A stretch of DNA of 30,210 bases from Planctomycetota bacterium (GTDB lineage Bacteria; Planctomycetota; B15-G4; JADJEK01), in NCBI GenBank assembly GCA_044225365.1, contig JBGAIQ010000062.1, positions 1-30,210 of the forward strand, read 5' to 3'. Of the stretch, positions 17,828 through 26,482 are shown in pieces. The notes under the pieces were generated by a model. The model was not told the origin of the DNA. It made no database searches and saw only the letters and a list, made by a program, of their open reading frames with translations. Position numbers and translations under genes: made by a program. Within the stretch, counting starts at the first letter, position 1. Each line of letters opens with the position of its first letter.

Positions 17828-18679
17828 TCACTGGATCGCGGTCGTCGCCGCATTCGTCAGAGCCGCGGGCGGGAAGCCGGTGGCGAAGATCGAGAGCGAC
17901 TGGAAGTGCACGACGATGCCCGACAGGATCGGATCGCTCGGAACGGGCAGTGCGATCGTGTCGGTGCCCGAGGGAATCTGATACGGGAGCGTCGGGAGCA
18001 GTTCGATGAACGGAAACGGGCCAATGAGCAACGTGCCGTAGGGCGCGACGGGCAGGACCGTCGTCGAGGTCGACACGAATGTTCGGTAGTGGTCGCCTGC
18101 TTTGCCGTAGTTCTTGATCTCGAGCGTTCCGCCGAGCATCACCGTCGGCGAGGTGATCACTGCCGGTGCGTAGATGAATCCCGTCGGCACGAACGTGAAG
18201 CCGATCGAACTGCTGACGATGAGCGGCCGCGGGCCGATGAGGCCGGGCGGCGTGACGAACGTCAGCGTTGTATTCGAGAGCACTTGAACGTTCGACGCCG
18301 GCACCCCACCCACGCTGACCGCGACGCTCGCGGCGGTGCCGAGCTTGTCGAAGTTGAATCCCGAGAGCGTGACGGTCGTCCCGCCCTGCTTCGGTCCGTA
18401 GTTCGGTGTCACAGCGAAAACGACGGGCGCCGTCGGCACGTTCGGATCGGTCGATTCGGCGAAGCCGAGACCGCACTCGAACGAGGCGGACGTGAACGTG
18501 CCTCCCGACAACTGCCCGATGTTGGTGTACGCGACGTTGCTCTCCGAGCACGTCACGCCGCCCGATCCGGCGATGCCGAAATCGGCGACCTGGTAGTTCG
18601 GACTCGACGCGATCTGTGCGTTCGCGATTCCGCTCCCGCAGCAAAGGGCGACGAAGATCCGACGCAGTGAATCCCGCAT
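17828..18679 (-). CDS. Secreted IPT/TIG-domain protein with a short N-terminal beta module and the shared C-terminal domain
   Basis: ATG 18679 with GGAGGT SD; signal peptide ending ANA-Q; IPT/TIG motif PVVFAVTPNYGPKQGGTTVTLSGFNF...VSVGG...GFIY; C-terminal PVPSDPILSG..HFQ. Confidence 0.85.
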   Translation of the reverse strand: MRDSLRRIFVALCCGSGIANAQIASSPNYQVADFGIAGSGGVTCSESNVAYTNIGQLSGGTFTSASFECGLGFAESTDPNVPTAPVVFAVTPNYGPKQGGTTVTLSGFNFDKLGTAASVAVSVGGVPASNVQVLSNTTLTFVTPPGLIGPRPLIVSSSIGFTFVPTGFIYAPAVITSPTVMLGGTLEIKNYGKAGDHYRTFVSTSTTVLPVAPYGTLLIGPFPFIELLPTLPYQIPSGTDTIALPVPSDPILSGIVVHFQSLSIFATGFPPAALTNAATTAIQ

Positions 18680-18875
18680 GAAGACACCTCCGGTGGGTTT
18701 GCGCGGCACGCGATCCCATCCGATCGCACCGACAGAAGCCGCTTGGCCTGAACGAGCCGCAGAGGATTCCGCAGCGCGATCAAGACCCATCGGTGGGGCG
18801 AATAAAGTCCGCTCAAAGATCCAGGAGAAGGGGACTGACGGCCTGAATCGACGCTCCGCCCAATACCCGGCGAGC

Positions 18876-19183
18876 GCGGTGGCGGCGGCTGCGATCCGTA
18901 TCCGCCGGGTGCGGCGGCGGCGGCTGCGATCCGTATCCGCCGGGTGCGGCGGCGGCGGCTGCGATCCGTATCCGCCGGGTGCGGTGGCGGCGGCTGCGAT
19001 CCGTATCCGCCGGGTGCGGCGGCGGCGGCTGCGATCCGTATCCGCCGGGTGCGGCGGCGGCGGCTGCGATCCGTAACCGCCGCGATCCGTCTCCGCCGGA
19101 TTCGGCGGCAGGCGCGGACGCGGTTCGTAACCGCCGGTTTCGGCGGCGGCGGCTCCGATCCGTCTCTGCCGGATTCGGCGGTC
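18876..19183 (+). repeat. Tandem array of a 35-bp hairpin-containing unit (about 6 near-identical copies plus a degenerate tail)
   Basis: GCGATCCGTA recurs at 18891, 18926, 18961, 18996, 19031 and 19066 (period 35). Unit is CCGCCGGGTGCGGCGGCGGCGGCTGCGATCCGTAT; no unique spacers. Confidence 0.92.
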
Positions 19184-19321
19184 ACGGCGCGGTCGAAAGG
19201 CGCATTTCGGAATTGAAGATCCGATTTACGAATCACCGCGGCGTGATTAGGCTGTGGACTCGAGTTCAGTCCGTGATCGGCGTATGCCGATGTCGGGACG
19301 TCTCGCATTGGAGTCATCGCC

Positions 19322-19753
19322 ATGGCACTCGAGTGGATCCAGGAAACGAAGCCGAGCTGGAACGACGACAAGGCCCGCATCCTCGGCGGCGCGCCGCAAG
19401 GCGCATTCGATCGCCGTTACAAGCTCTTGAAGAAGGGCGATTCCTTGCCCGGCGACTGGTTCAAGGCGGTCGACGCCGGCAAGACCGTCGGCTTCGGCTG
19501 GCTCGAGATCGAGTTCGGTGACGCCGAGATCCTCCTCGCGACCGATCCCAAGGCCCAGGAGAAGGGCGTCGGTTCGTTCGTGATCACACAGCTAGAAGCG
19601 GAGGCGCGGAAGCGCGGCCTGAACTACGTGTACAACGTCGTTCGCCCCACCCATCCGGACAAGGAGCGCGTGACGGCGTGGTTGAAGAAGCGCGGCTTCT
19701 CCGCTTCCGAGGACGGCAGCCTGCTGCGCGCCGCGACGAAACCCTCGAAGTAA
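19322..19753 (+). CDS. GNAT-family N-acetyltransferase
   Basis: 143 aa; VGFGWL, motif A ATDPKAQEKGVGS, motif B ...AWLKKRGF; GGAG SD. Confidence 0.88.
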   Translation: MALEWIQETKPSWNDDKARILGGAPQGAFDRRYKLLKKGDSLPGDWFKAVDAGKTVGFGWLEIEFGDAEILLATDPKAQEKGVGSFVITQLEAEARKRGLNYVYNVVRPTHPDKERVTAWLKKRGFSASEDGSLLRAATKPSK

Positions 19754-19834
19754 TCCCGAAGAAAGGACCGCGACTCGCACGCTGCGAATCGCGGTCCATC
19801 GGTCGTCGCTCGTTCGCACCTGCCGCTCAGCCGC

Positions 19835-22456
19835 TCACGGCAGCGGGCCGGTCACGACGACGTTGTCGGTCTCGAGGCTCTCGACCACGACATCGTTCGG
19901 GTCGATCACGGCGATGACGAACATGCCGCTCACGGCACCCGCCGAGGCGACCGCGTGCTTCGCGGTCGACTTGAACGAGTCACCCGGATTCAGTTGCGGA
20001 ATCGAATCGGTGGCGAGGAGCGTGTCCGCGCCGTCGAAGGCGTTGTCGTTCGACAGGTAGTACTGAACGGTCGTCTTCTTCGACTTCTTGCCGCCGACAT
20101 TGCTCACCCGCAATGTGATGTCGAGGTGACACTTGTTCCCGCTCGCATTGCAGTCGACCTGCGCCTTCTTGAAGACGCCGGTGAGATCGGGCGAGTTGTT
20201 GCCGGCCTGGGCCACCGTGTAGGTGAGACCCGCGACCGTGATCTTCACATTGCGCGCCGCGCCGCCGTTCGCAGCGACCGTGTAACCGATCGTCGCGTTG
20301 CCGGTGCCCGAGGTCGCGCTCGTGAACGTGAACCACGTCGCATTGGGGTCGGAGAGCGTCGCCGTCCACGCGCACTGCGAGGGCAGGGTCAGATCGATCG
20401 AGCCCGCGCCGCCGGCCGTGTCGAAGTTCGCCTGACTTGCGGCGAGGCTCGCCGGACAGGCATTGTTCGAAACGGTGACGGTGACGGTTCCGAGGTTCGA
20501 GTCGGTCTTGCCGTCCCACGCCGCGTAGGTGAACTTCTCGCTGCCGGCGAAACCGGCTTCGGGGAAGTAGGTCGCGACCTTTCCTTGGAGACCGACGGTG
20601 CCATGCTGCGGCTGCGATACGACGCGCAGCGTGAGCGCGTTCCCATCGGAATCGGTCGCCGACAGCGTGATCGACTTCGGGGTCGAGTTGTCGGTGCTGA
20701 GGGAGGCGTCCTTCACGACCGCGGGATGATTGCTGCTTCCGCCTTCACTGCCCGGTCCGTTGTGGCAGAGGTAGCAGCTCACCTGGAAACCCTTCCAGAG
20801 CTTCTTCGTGCCGAACTCCGTGCTCAGAGTCCGATCGCCGAATGCGCGCGACAGGACGGTGCCCTTGTAGTCGACGCCATGGCAGGCCTTGCAGTCGCCT
20901 GGGCCGCTGTCTCCGGCACCTTCACCGTGAGCGCTGACCCACGCTTGACCGACCGGGTGCATCCCGTGCGGGCCGAGGCCCGCGGACATCGGCACGCTCG
21001 CATGACACGCCGAGCACTCCGCGATCACGCCCTTGTGACCCTGGATCTGGATCGACTGGACGTTGTCGTTGTCGTGGATGCTCGGGAATTCGGCATGCGT
21101 GGAGCCGTGACAGGCTTCGCAATCGAGTCCGCCGTGGCCCTTCGAGAAGCGGTACAGATCGAATCCCTGCGCGGGAACGTTGTTGTTCGTCGCGAAGGTC
21201 TTGTCCGGTGCGACGTGCGGATTGCCCTGGGCATCGAACGCCGACGTGAAGCGGATCTGTCCGGCATTGTTCGTCGCAGTGCCGGTGTGGCACTGCTGGC
21301 ACGACGGTTCGTCGAGCCAACCGACGCGACCCGGCGTACCGACCTTGCTCATCGAGCCGTGGCAGCTCTGGCACTGCATCGCGAGCGTGCCGTCCTTGGC
21401 GACGGCCGAGCCCATCGCGCCGCGGAGGCACTTCGTCACCGAGCCGGGATGGCAGGTGTAGCAGGCCGAACGATTGTCGGCCGCGTTCAACGTCATGTTC
21501 GTACTGGGATCGACGACCGAAGCGTGATGGCCGTGCAGCGCCTCGGTGAGCGGCTTCACGCCCTGGATGCCGGTGCCGGGCAGCGCGTTCGACGCATGGC
21601 ACTTCGCGCACAGGATCGGGGAGTGCTGCGTCACCTGGGTGTAGAGGCCGTTCGAATCGTATCCCGCCGTGGCGAGCGCGGTGGCATAGGTCGGATCCGC
21701 CGCGTTCTTCTCGTCGTGCAGGCGGATCACGTTGAGTCGGTAGTCGAGGATCGGGTTCGGATCATTGACCCAACCGGCGTTCGGCTTCGCGGCATTGCTC
21801 ACGCTGGTCGACCCGTGACACTTGAGGCAGGTCATCTCATCGGAGACCGGCAACACGATGTCGGTCGTCCCGATCGTCTGGTTCGAGGCGTTCTTCGCGG
21901 TGACGCGAAACATCGGATACGTGTTCTTGTGGCTCGCGTCGTCGTAGGGCGTGATCGGGATGCCTTCGGCGAGGAAGGTCGAGAGCGACGAGTCCCAGGT
22001 CATTGGCTTCTCGTCGTTCTGAGATCCGGGCATGTCCTTTCCGGCGAGACCCTGATCGATCGATACGTTCGCGCCGTAGAGCGCCACGACGTACTGCCAG
22101 AAGTTGCTCTTACCCGTCGAGGTCTTGTTCACCGACCCCGATGCGTCGGCGATCGCCTTGTACGTCACCGTGATGCCGGTCGGGTTCGAGATCAAGGCGC
22201 CGCCCTGCATCACCTGCGCCATGATCGTGTTGTAGGGCGGCAGCAGGGAGAAGACGGAGAAGTCGTCGTCCATGCAGTGCATGCCCAGGTTGTTCCACGC
22301 GATGACGCGGTTCCCGGCCGCGCCGGCGGTCGCGGGGTCGCCTGCCGCCATTGCGGCCGAGGTGGTCGTTGGACCCGGGACGAGGACGGGGACCGCGAGC
22401 AGAAGGGTGCTCGCGGCGAACAGGGCGACGGCGGTGCGACGTGCGGGCGGGTGCAT
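19835..22456 (-). CDS. Secreted nonaheme cytochrome c with C-terminal Ig-like (Big_9/cadherin-like), BACON and CARDB-like domains
   Basis: ATG 22456 with GAGAGGGA SD; signal peptide; N-domain AWNNLGMHCMD. Nine CxxCH motifs: CLKCH, CAKCH, CYTCH, CQSCH, CQQCH, CEACH, CSACH, CKACH, CYLCH. Then ITLSATDSDG...QPQHG...FTY, CAWTA...SGTGN...TVAQAG and SNVGG...YYLS.D...ETDN modules. Confidence 0.9.
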   Translation of the reverse strand: MHPPARRTAVALFAASTLLLAVPVLVPGPTTTSAAMAAGDPATAGAAGNRVIAWNNLGMHCMDDDFSVFSLLPPYNTIMAQVMQGGALISNPTGITVTYKAIADASGSVNKTSTGKSNFWQYVVALYGANVSIDQGLAGKDMPGSQNDEKPMTWDSSLSTFLAEGIPITPYDDASHKNTYPMFRVTAKNASNQTIGTTDIVLPVSDEMTCLKCHGSTSVSNAAKPNAGWVNDPNPILDYRLNVIRLHDEKNAADPTYATALATAGYDSNGLYTQVTQHSPILCAKCHASNALPGTGIQGVKPLTEALHGHHASVVDPSTNMTLNAADNRSACYTCHPGSVTKCLRGAMGSAVAKDGTLAMQCQSCHGSMSKVGTPGRVGWLDEPSCQQCHTGTATNNAGQIRFTSAFDAQGNPHVAPDKTFATNNNVPAQGFDLYRFSKGHGGLDCEACHGSTHAEFPSIHDNDNVQSIQIQGHKGVIAECSACHASVPMSAGLGPHGMHPVGQAWVSAHGEGAGDSGPGDCKACHGVDYKGTVLSRAFGDRTLSTEFGTKKLWKGFQVSCYLCHNGPGSEGGSSNHPAVVKDASLSTDNSTPKSITLSATDSDGNALTLRVVSQPQHGTVGLQGKVATYFPEAGFAGSEKFTYAAWDGKTDSNLGTVTVTVSNNACPASLAASQANFDTAGGAGSIDLTLPSQCAWTATLSDPNATWFTFTSATSGTGNATIGYTVAANGGAARNVKITVAGLTYTVAQAGNNSPDLTGVFKKAQVDCNASGNKCHLDITLRVSNVGGKKSKKTTVQYYLSNDNAFDGADTLLATDSIPQLNPGDSFKSTAKHAVASAGAVSGMFVIAVIDPNDVVVESLETDNVVVTGPLP

Positions 22457-22504
22457 GGGGTCCCTCTCGTGGCGGAATTCGAGCCGGGTGGGCGTTCGCC
22501 GGTT

Positions 22505-22520
22505 CGCATGCCACGTGCCG
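22505..22520 (-). promoter_or_regulatory. Putative sigma-54 (-24/-12) promoter of the cytochrome gene
   Basis: Minus strand reads CGGCACGTGGCATGCG, i.e. GG-N10-GC with a GGCACG core, ~50 nt upstream of the ATG at 22456 and downstream of an enhancer-binding protein gene. Confidence 0.7.
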
Positions 22521-22648
22521 TCGCCGTCGTGTTGGAATCTCCCGGCATCTTGCCGGCCCGTCATCTCCGACGGGGTGCCGCAGTCGCGGTTGTCATCTTC
22601 GAGGACACGTGGGGAAAACAGCGGGGGATCCTGCCCGCGAGCGGTCGA

Positions 22649-24157
22649 TCAGTCTTTGACGCGCGAACGCACGGTTCGCCGATCGATTCCGAGACGGCGC
22701 GCCGTCTCCGAGAGATTCCGTCCCGTCAGCTCGTACACGAGCCGCGTGTAGCGTTCGAGGATCTCGCTCTCGCTGAGCGCGCCGTCCTCGATCGCCGCCG
22801 CCAGATCCGCATCGTTGCGGGTCTTCTTCCCGGGGTGATATTCGCGCCGGATCAGGACGTTCTTCACGCATTGCTCGAGTTCGCGGAAGTTCCCTGGCCA
22901 GGCGTAGTCGAGGCCGATCTCCTTCTCGATCCACGACATCACCTCGTCGGTGAGCGCGTCGCCTTCTTCACCCGCGATCTGCTCGGCGATGTACCGCACG
23001 AGGCCGCGCATCTCGTCGAGCTTGCCATCGAGCATCTGCTGGAGCGAGGGCGTGACGATGATGTCGGCGCACAGTCGGTAGTACATGTCGGAGCGGAACG
23101 CCTTCGCTTCGATCGCCTTTTGCAGGTCCCGATTCGTCGCCGCGACGAGCTTGCCCGGAAACACGTGAGTCTGCGTATCCCCGAGGCGCTGGAACGTACG
23201 CGACTGCAGCACGCGCAGCAGCTTGACCTGGATGATCGGATCGAGTTCGCCGATCTCGTCGAGGAAGACGGTGCCTTCGCGCGGACAGAGTTCGAACCAG
23301 CCCTGCCGGTCCTTCACGGCACCGGTGAAGGCCCCCTGTTTGTGCCCGAACAACTCCGACTCGATCGTCGTCGGCGACAGCGCGGAGAGATTGAGCGGGT
23401 GGAAGACCTGCGTGAAGTCGGGTTTGAACTGCCGATTGCGAACATCGAATGGGATGTAGCGCGAAAGGCCGATCGCACGCGCGACGAGTTCCTTGCCCGT
23501 GCCCGAAGGGCCGATGATCAAGGTCGCGATGTCTCCCATGCGGGAGTAGAGGACGTGGCGATAGCGCTTGAGATCGTGCGTGAAGATCGACTGCCAGATG
23601 CGCCCACGAAGTTCCGCCGCGGCGGCCGATCCACCGACGAGATTCTGGTAGATGTGGACGAATGCGCGATTGAGCTGGAAGAAGAACGCGAAGACGTGCT
23701 CGAGGGGCTCGTTCTCGAAGAACTTCACGCCGGGGATCGCGAGCTGCTCGTGTGCCGCTTCTTCGAAGTCCTCGTAGAAGTCGATCCGACTCGACTTGCC
23801 CTCGCGCGTCGCGACGGCGATCCACCGCCGGAACTGCATATGGAAGCGGTGATAGAGATAGAAGAGGGCGACGTCTTCGTAGAGCGTCTTGTCGCGAGTG
23901 GAGAGAGCGTGGCCGGAAGCGAGCTTCGCTCGCGCGCGTTCGAGCAGTCCGCCCACTTTGTTCATGATGCGGACGACGTTCATCTCGATGTCGTCGCGCG
24001 TCTCCGGCCTCGCGTGCAAGAACTGCTCGTAGCCCTCGAATTCGGGACCGAGTGCTTCGCGCTCGAGTTCGAGTCGCTCCGCGAGGAACGGATTGCAGTA
24101 GTCGAGCCGAGAGATCGTCTCGGCGAGATGAAGGTCGTCGGCGCGAAAGAGTCCCAT
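22649..24157 (-). CDS. Sigma-54-dependent transcriptional activator (bEBP) with a non-receiver N-terminal domain
   Basis: Walker A GPSGTGKE, ESELFGHKQGAFTGA, Walker B FLDEIGE, ATNRDL, FRSDMYYRL, WPGNFREL, Fis-type HTH NLSETARRLGIDRRTV. Likely start is MGLF at 24157. Confidence 0.95.
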   Translation of the reverse strand: MGLFRADDLHLAETISRLDYCNPFLAERLELEREALGPEFEGYEQFLHARPETRDDIEMNVVRIMNKVGGLLERARAKLASGHALSTRDKTLYEDVALFYLYHRFHMQFRRWIAVATREGKSSRIDFYEDFEEAAHEQLAIPGVKFFENEPLEHVFAFFFQLNRAFVHIYQNLVGGSAAAAELRGRIWQSIFTHDLKRYRHVLYSRMGDIATLIIGPSGTGKELVARAIGLSRYIPFDVRNRQFKPDFTQVFHPLNLSALSPTTIESELFGHKQGAFTGAVKDRQGWFELCPREGTVFLDEIGELDPIIQVKLLRVLQSRTFQRLGDTQTHVFPGKLVAATNRDLQKAIEAKAFRSDMYYRLCADIIVTPSLQQMLDGKLDEMRGLVRYIAEQIAGEEGDALTDEVMSWIEKEIGLDYAWPGNFRELEQCVKNVLIRREYHPGKKTRNDADLAAAIEDGALSESEILERYTRLVYELTGRNLSETARRLGIDRRTVRSRVKD

Positions 24158-24292
24158 CGACCAGCAGCGTAGGAAAGGACGGCTCGCCGCGCGAGATCCT
24201 GAGTTTCGGATCGGAATTCCTGTCGCGCTCGCAGGGGGATCTCGTCCGGGTGAATGACCGTCCCCCTTCAACCAAAGCGGAGCGATTCGAAC

Positions 24293-26467
24293 ATGTTGCC
24301 CATTCAACTTCTCACGATCGCTTCCCTCGCCCTGACGGCCGAACCGCCCCTTTGCTGCGAATTCCCCCCGCTCCAGCAGGTCCTCTTCGATTCGGACGCC
24401 GAGGGCCGGATCTTCGCGATGGGCAACGACTACAAGATGGATTTCTCGCGAGACGGCGTGACCTTCAATCCGCGCCTGGGAGAACGCGCGCCACGAAACC
24501 TCCCGCTCGAATTCCACCTCCCCGGGGGCTCTTTACCCGTGCAGGACCGCAATCGGATCACGATCGATCACGGGTCGTATTCCGAGGTCTACGACGTCGG
24601 ACTGTCGAGCGTCGAACAGAGTTTCGTTCTGCACTCGCGACCGAATACGGTGGCCGGCGAATTCGAGCTACGAATCCCGGTGTCGACCGAACTCGCGTTC
24701 ATCGGCCGTACCGCAACGGGTCTCCTGTTCGACGCTGCGGGATTCGCGAGCGTGTCGTACGGCGATGCCAAGATCATCGACGCTGCGGGCAGAACTCTCG
24801 CGCGTGAATCACGATTCACGGGGGACTCGATCCGCATTTCGATCCCGGAGAACTATCTCGAAACCGCGACCTTTCCGGTGACGATCGATCCCGTGATCAC
24901 GGCCATCACCGTCGACGCAGGTAGCGATCACACTCGCAACTCGGATGTCGCGTACAGCTCCCTCTCCCACGATTACCTGTTCGTGTACGAGCGATTCAAT
25001 TCGGGCACCGATCAAGACATCCTCTCGCGGCGCTACGACTCGAATCTGGTTCCCGTCGACACGGTGCTCGTCGAGGGGTCGGGTGTGGATGCGAGCAGCC
25101 CGCGAGTTGCGAGCAGCATGGGCGAATTCCTCGTGGTGTGGGTGCTCCATGGATCGCTTTCGAGCGAGATCCATGCGCGTTCCCGCAGCGGGACGAGCAC
25201 GAGCCAGGGCACCGAGTACCAGGTGACGAATGCTCTGTCGTCGACGGCTTCGGATCCCGACGTCGGAGGCGCGAACACCTCGTCGAAGCGTTTCCTCGTC
25301 GTCTGGACCGAGAATCCCCAGTTCCATTCCGAACAGCTCCACGGCAGGCTTTGCTCGGATACGGGGACCGTAGGCTCGGATGCGCTGCTCGATAGTGCAG
25401 GAGTGTTCTCGGTGGGCACGATCGGTCCGCCCTCGGTCTGCCAGGACTCCGGCATCGGACACAAGTGGGCCGTCACCTATTCGATGAACGTGACCGGAGC
25501 CGACGAACAGGTCATGGTGCAGGTCTTCAACGAGAGCCTGCAGCTCCTGACCCAGGGATCGAACTACGCAATCGCGAGTTCGGTCGACGACGAGAAGACG
25601 CCGAACGTCGCCGGCAACGGCTTCGACTTCTACGTCGTCTACTCGATCGAAAATGCGTCGGGCCAGAGCGACATCTACGGCCAGCACATGGATGGAATCG
25701 GCAATCCGGGTCCAGTCGGCCCTGCAGTGAACCTCACCGCTCTCGAGACTCCGTCGACTCAATCGAAGGCTCAGCGCAATCCCACGATCACCTTCGACGG
25801 CTGCCGGTACACCTACGGCTACCTCGAAGCTCCTTCTCTCGCTTCCAACGATACGAACCTCTTCCTTGCGACGTTCATGGCGCCGCCGGCCTCGAGTCTC
25901 GTCACCTTCATCGAGAAGCACGCACCCCTCGCCACGCTCTCGCTGCCCGAACGGGAGGTGCGACTCACTTCCGCCGGTGTGGCGAACGAAGTCGGCGATG
26001 TCGTCGCGACCTGGACGACCGAGGTCACCCTCAGCGACAACGACATCCGTGCCGCGCTGTATTCGAATCTCGGGGCAGGCGGGGTAACGGTCGCGCCGAC
26101 GGGATGCGGCTCACCCGAGCCGGTGCTCCTCGCGAACGGCACGACTCCGGCGATCGCCTCCACGTTCCAATTCGTCGTCTCCGGGGCGAACAATCCGCTG
26201 CTCGTCGTCGGCGTACCGACGAACCTCTCGTTGTGTCCCGGACAGGGCGGATGCAAGCTCGGCGCGACTCCGCTCCTCATGCTTCCGATCGCCGGCGTGT
26301 CCCTGCTCGACATCGCGATCCCTTGTGATCCCAATCTGCTCGGCTTCACCGCCGCGCTGCAGATCGTCGATCTCGTAGCGCCGGGTGCCACGGGCGCTCT
26401 TTGTGGCCCGCCGAAATACTCACAGAAGTTCCGTACGAGCGATACGACGAACCTGACGTTCCAGTGA
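24293..26467 (+). CDS. Large secreted protein with beta-propeller-like repeats and the shared C-terminal domain
   Basis: ATG 24293 with GGAG SD; signal-like N-terminus; N-domain VEQSFVL...YGDAKIIDAAGR...FPVTIDP; repeats of P.VA....(Y/F)LVVW; C-terminal GCG...P.I..TF...GC.L...IPCDPNLLG...LQ. Confidence 0.8.
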   Translation: MLPIQLLTIASLALTAEPPLCCEFPPLQQVLFDSDAEGRIFAMGNDYKMDFSRDGVTFNPRLGERAPRNLPLEFHLPGGSLPVQDRNRITIDHGSYSEVYDVGLSSVEQSFVLHSRPNTVAGEFELRIPVSTELAFIGRTATGLLFDAAGFASVSYGDAKIIDAAGRTLARESRFTGDSIRISIPENYLETATFPVTIDPVITAITVDAGSDHTRNSDVAYSSLSHDYLFVYERFNSGTDQDILSRRYDSNLVPVDTVLVEGSGVDASSPRVASSMGEFLVVWVLHGSLSSEIHARSRSGTSTSQGTEYQVTNALSSTASDPDVGGANTSSKRFLVVWTENPQFHSEQLHGRLCSDTGTVGSDALLDSAGVFSVGTIGPPSVCQDSGIGHKWAVTYSMNVTGADEQVMVQVFNESLQLLTQGSNYAIASSVDDEKTPNVAGNGFDFYVVYSIENASGQSDIYGQHMDGIGNPGPVGPAVNLTALETPSTQSKAQRNPTITFDGCRYTYGYLEAPSLASNDTNLFLATFMAPPASSLVTFIEKHAPLATLSLPEREVRLTSAGVANEVGDVVATWTTEVTLSDNDIRAALYSNLGAGGVTVAPTGCGSPEPVLLANGTTPAIASTFQFVVSGANNPLLVVGVPTNLSLCPGQGGCKLGATPLLMLPIAGVSLLDIAIPCDPNLLGFTAALQIVDLVAPGATGALCGPPKYSQKFRTSDTTNLTFQ

Positions 26468-26482
26468 GCGGGACCGTAGCTC

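Noticed and set aside
18876-19183. CRISPR array interpretation of the 35-bp repeats (also 28394-28572)
   Set aside because: The units are contiguous with no unique spacers, there is no AT-rich leader, and no cas genes are in the window.
18553-19521. ORFs through the repeat array encoding CGGGGCDPYPPG / RRRRLRS repeats (RiPP-precursor-like)
   Set aside because: The 35-bp period cycles through all frames and gives the same peptides in each. These ORFs overlap real genes, and no modification enzymes are adjacent.
19955-24172. 1405-aa plus-strand ORF, and similar long ORFs at 3793-5931, 4731-7601, 11771-14362 and 16391-18670
   Set aside because: Antisense or off-frame shadows of well-supported genes in high-GC DNA; Arg-rich with no recognisable motifs.
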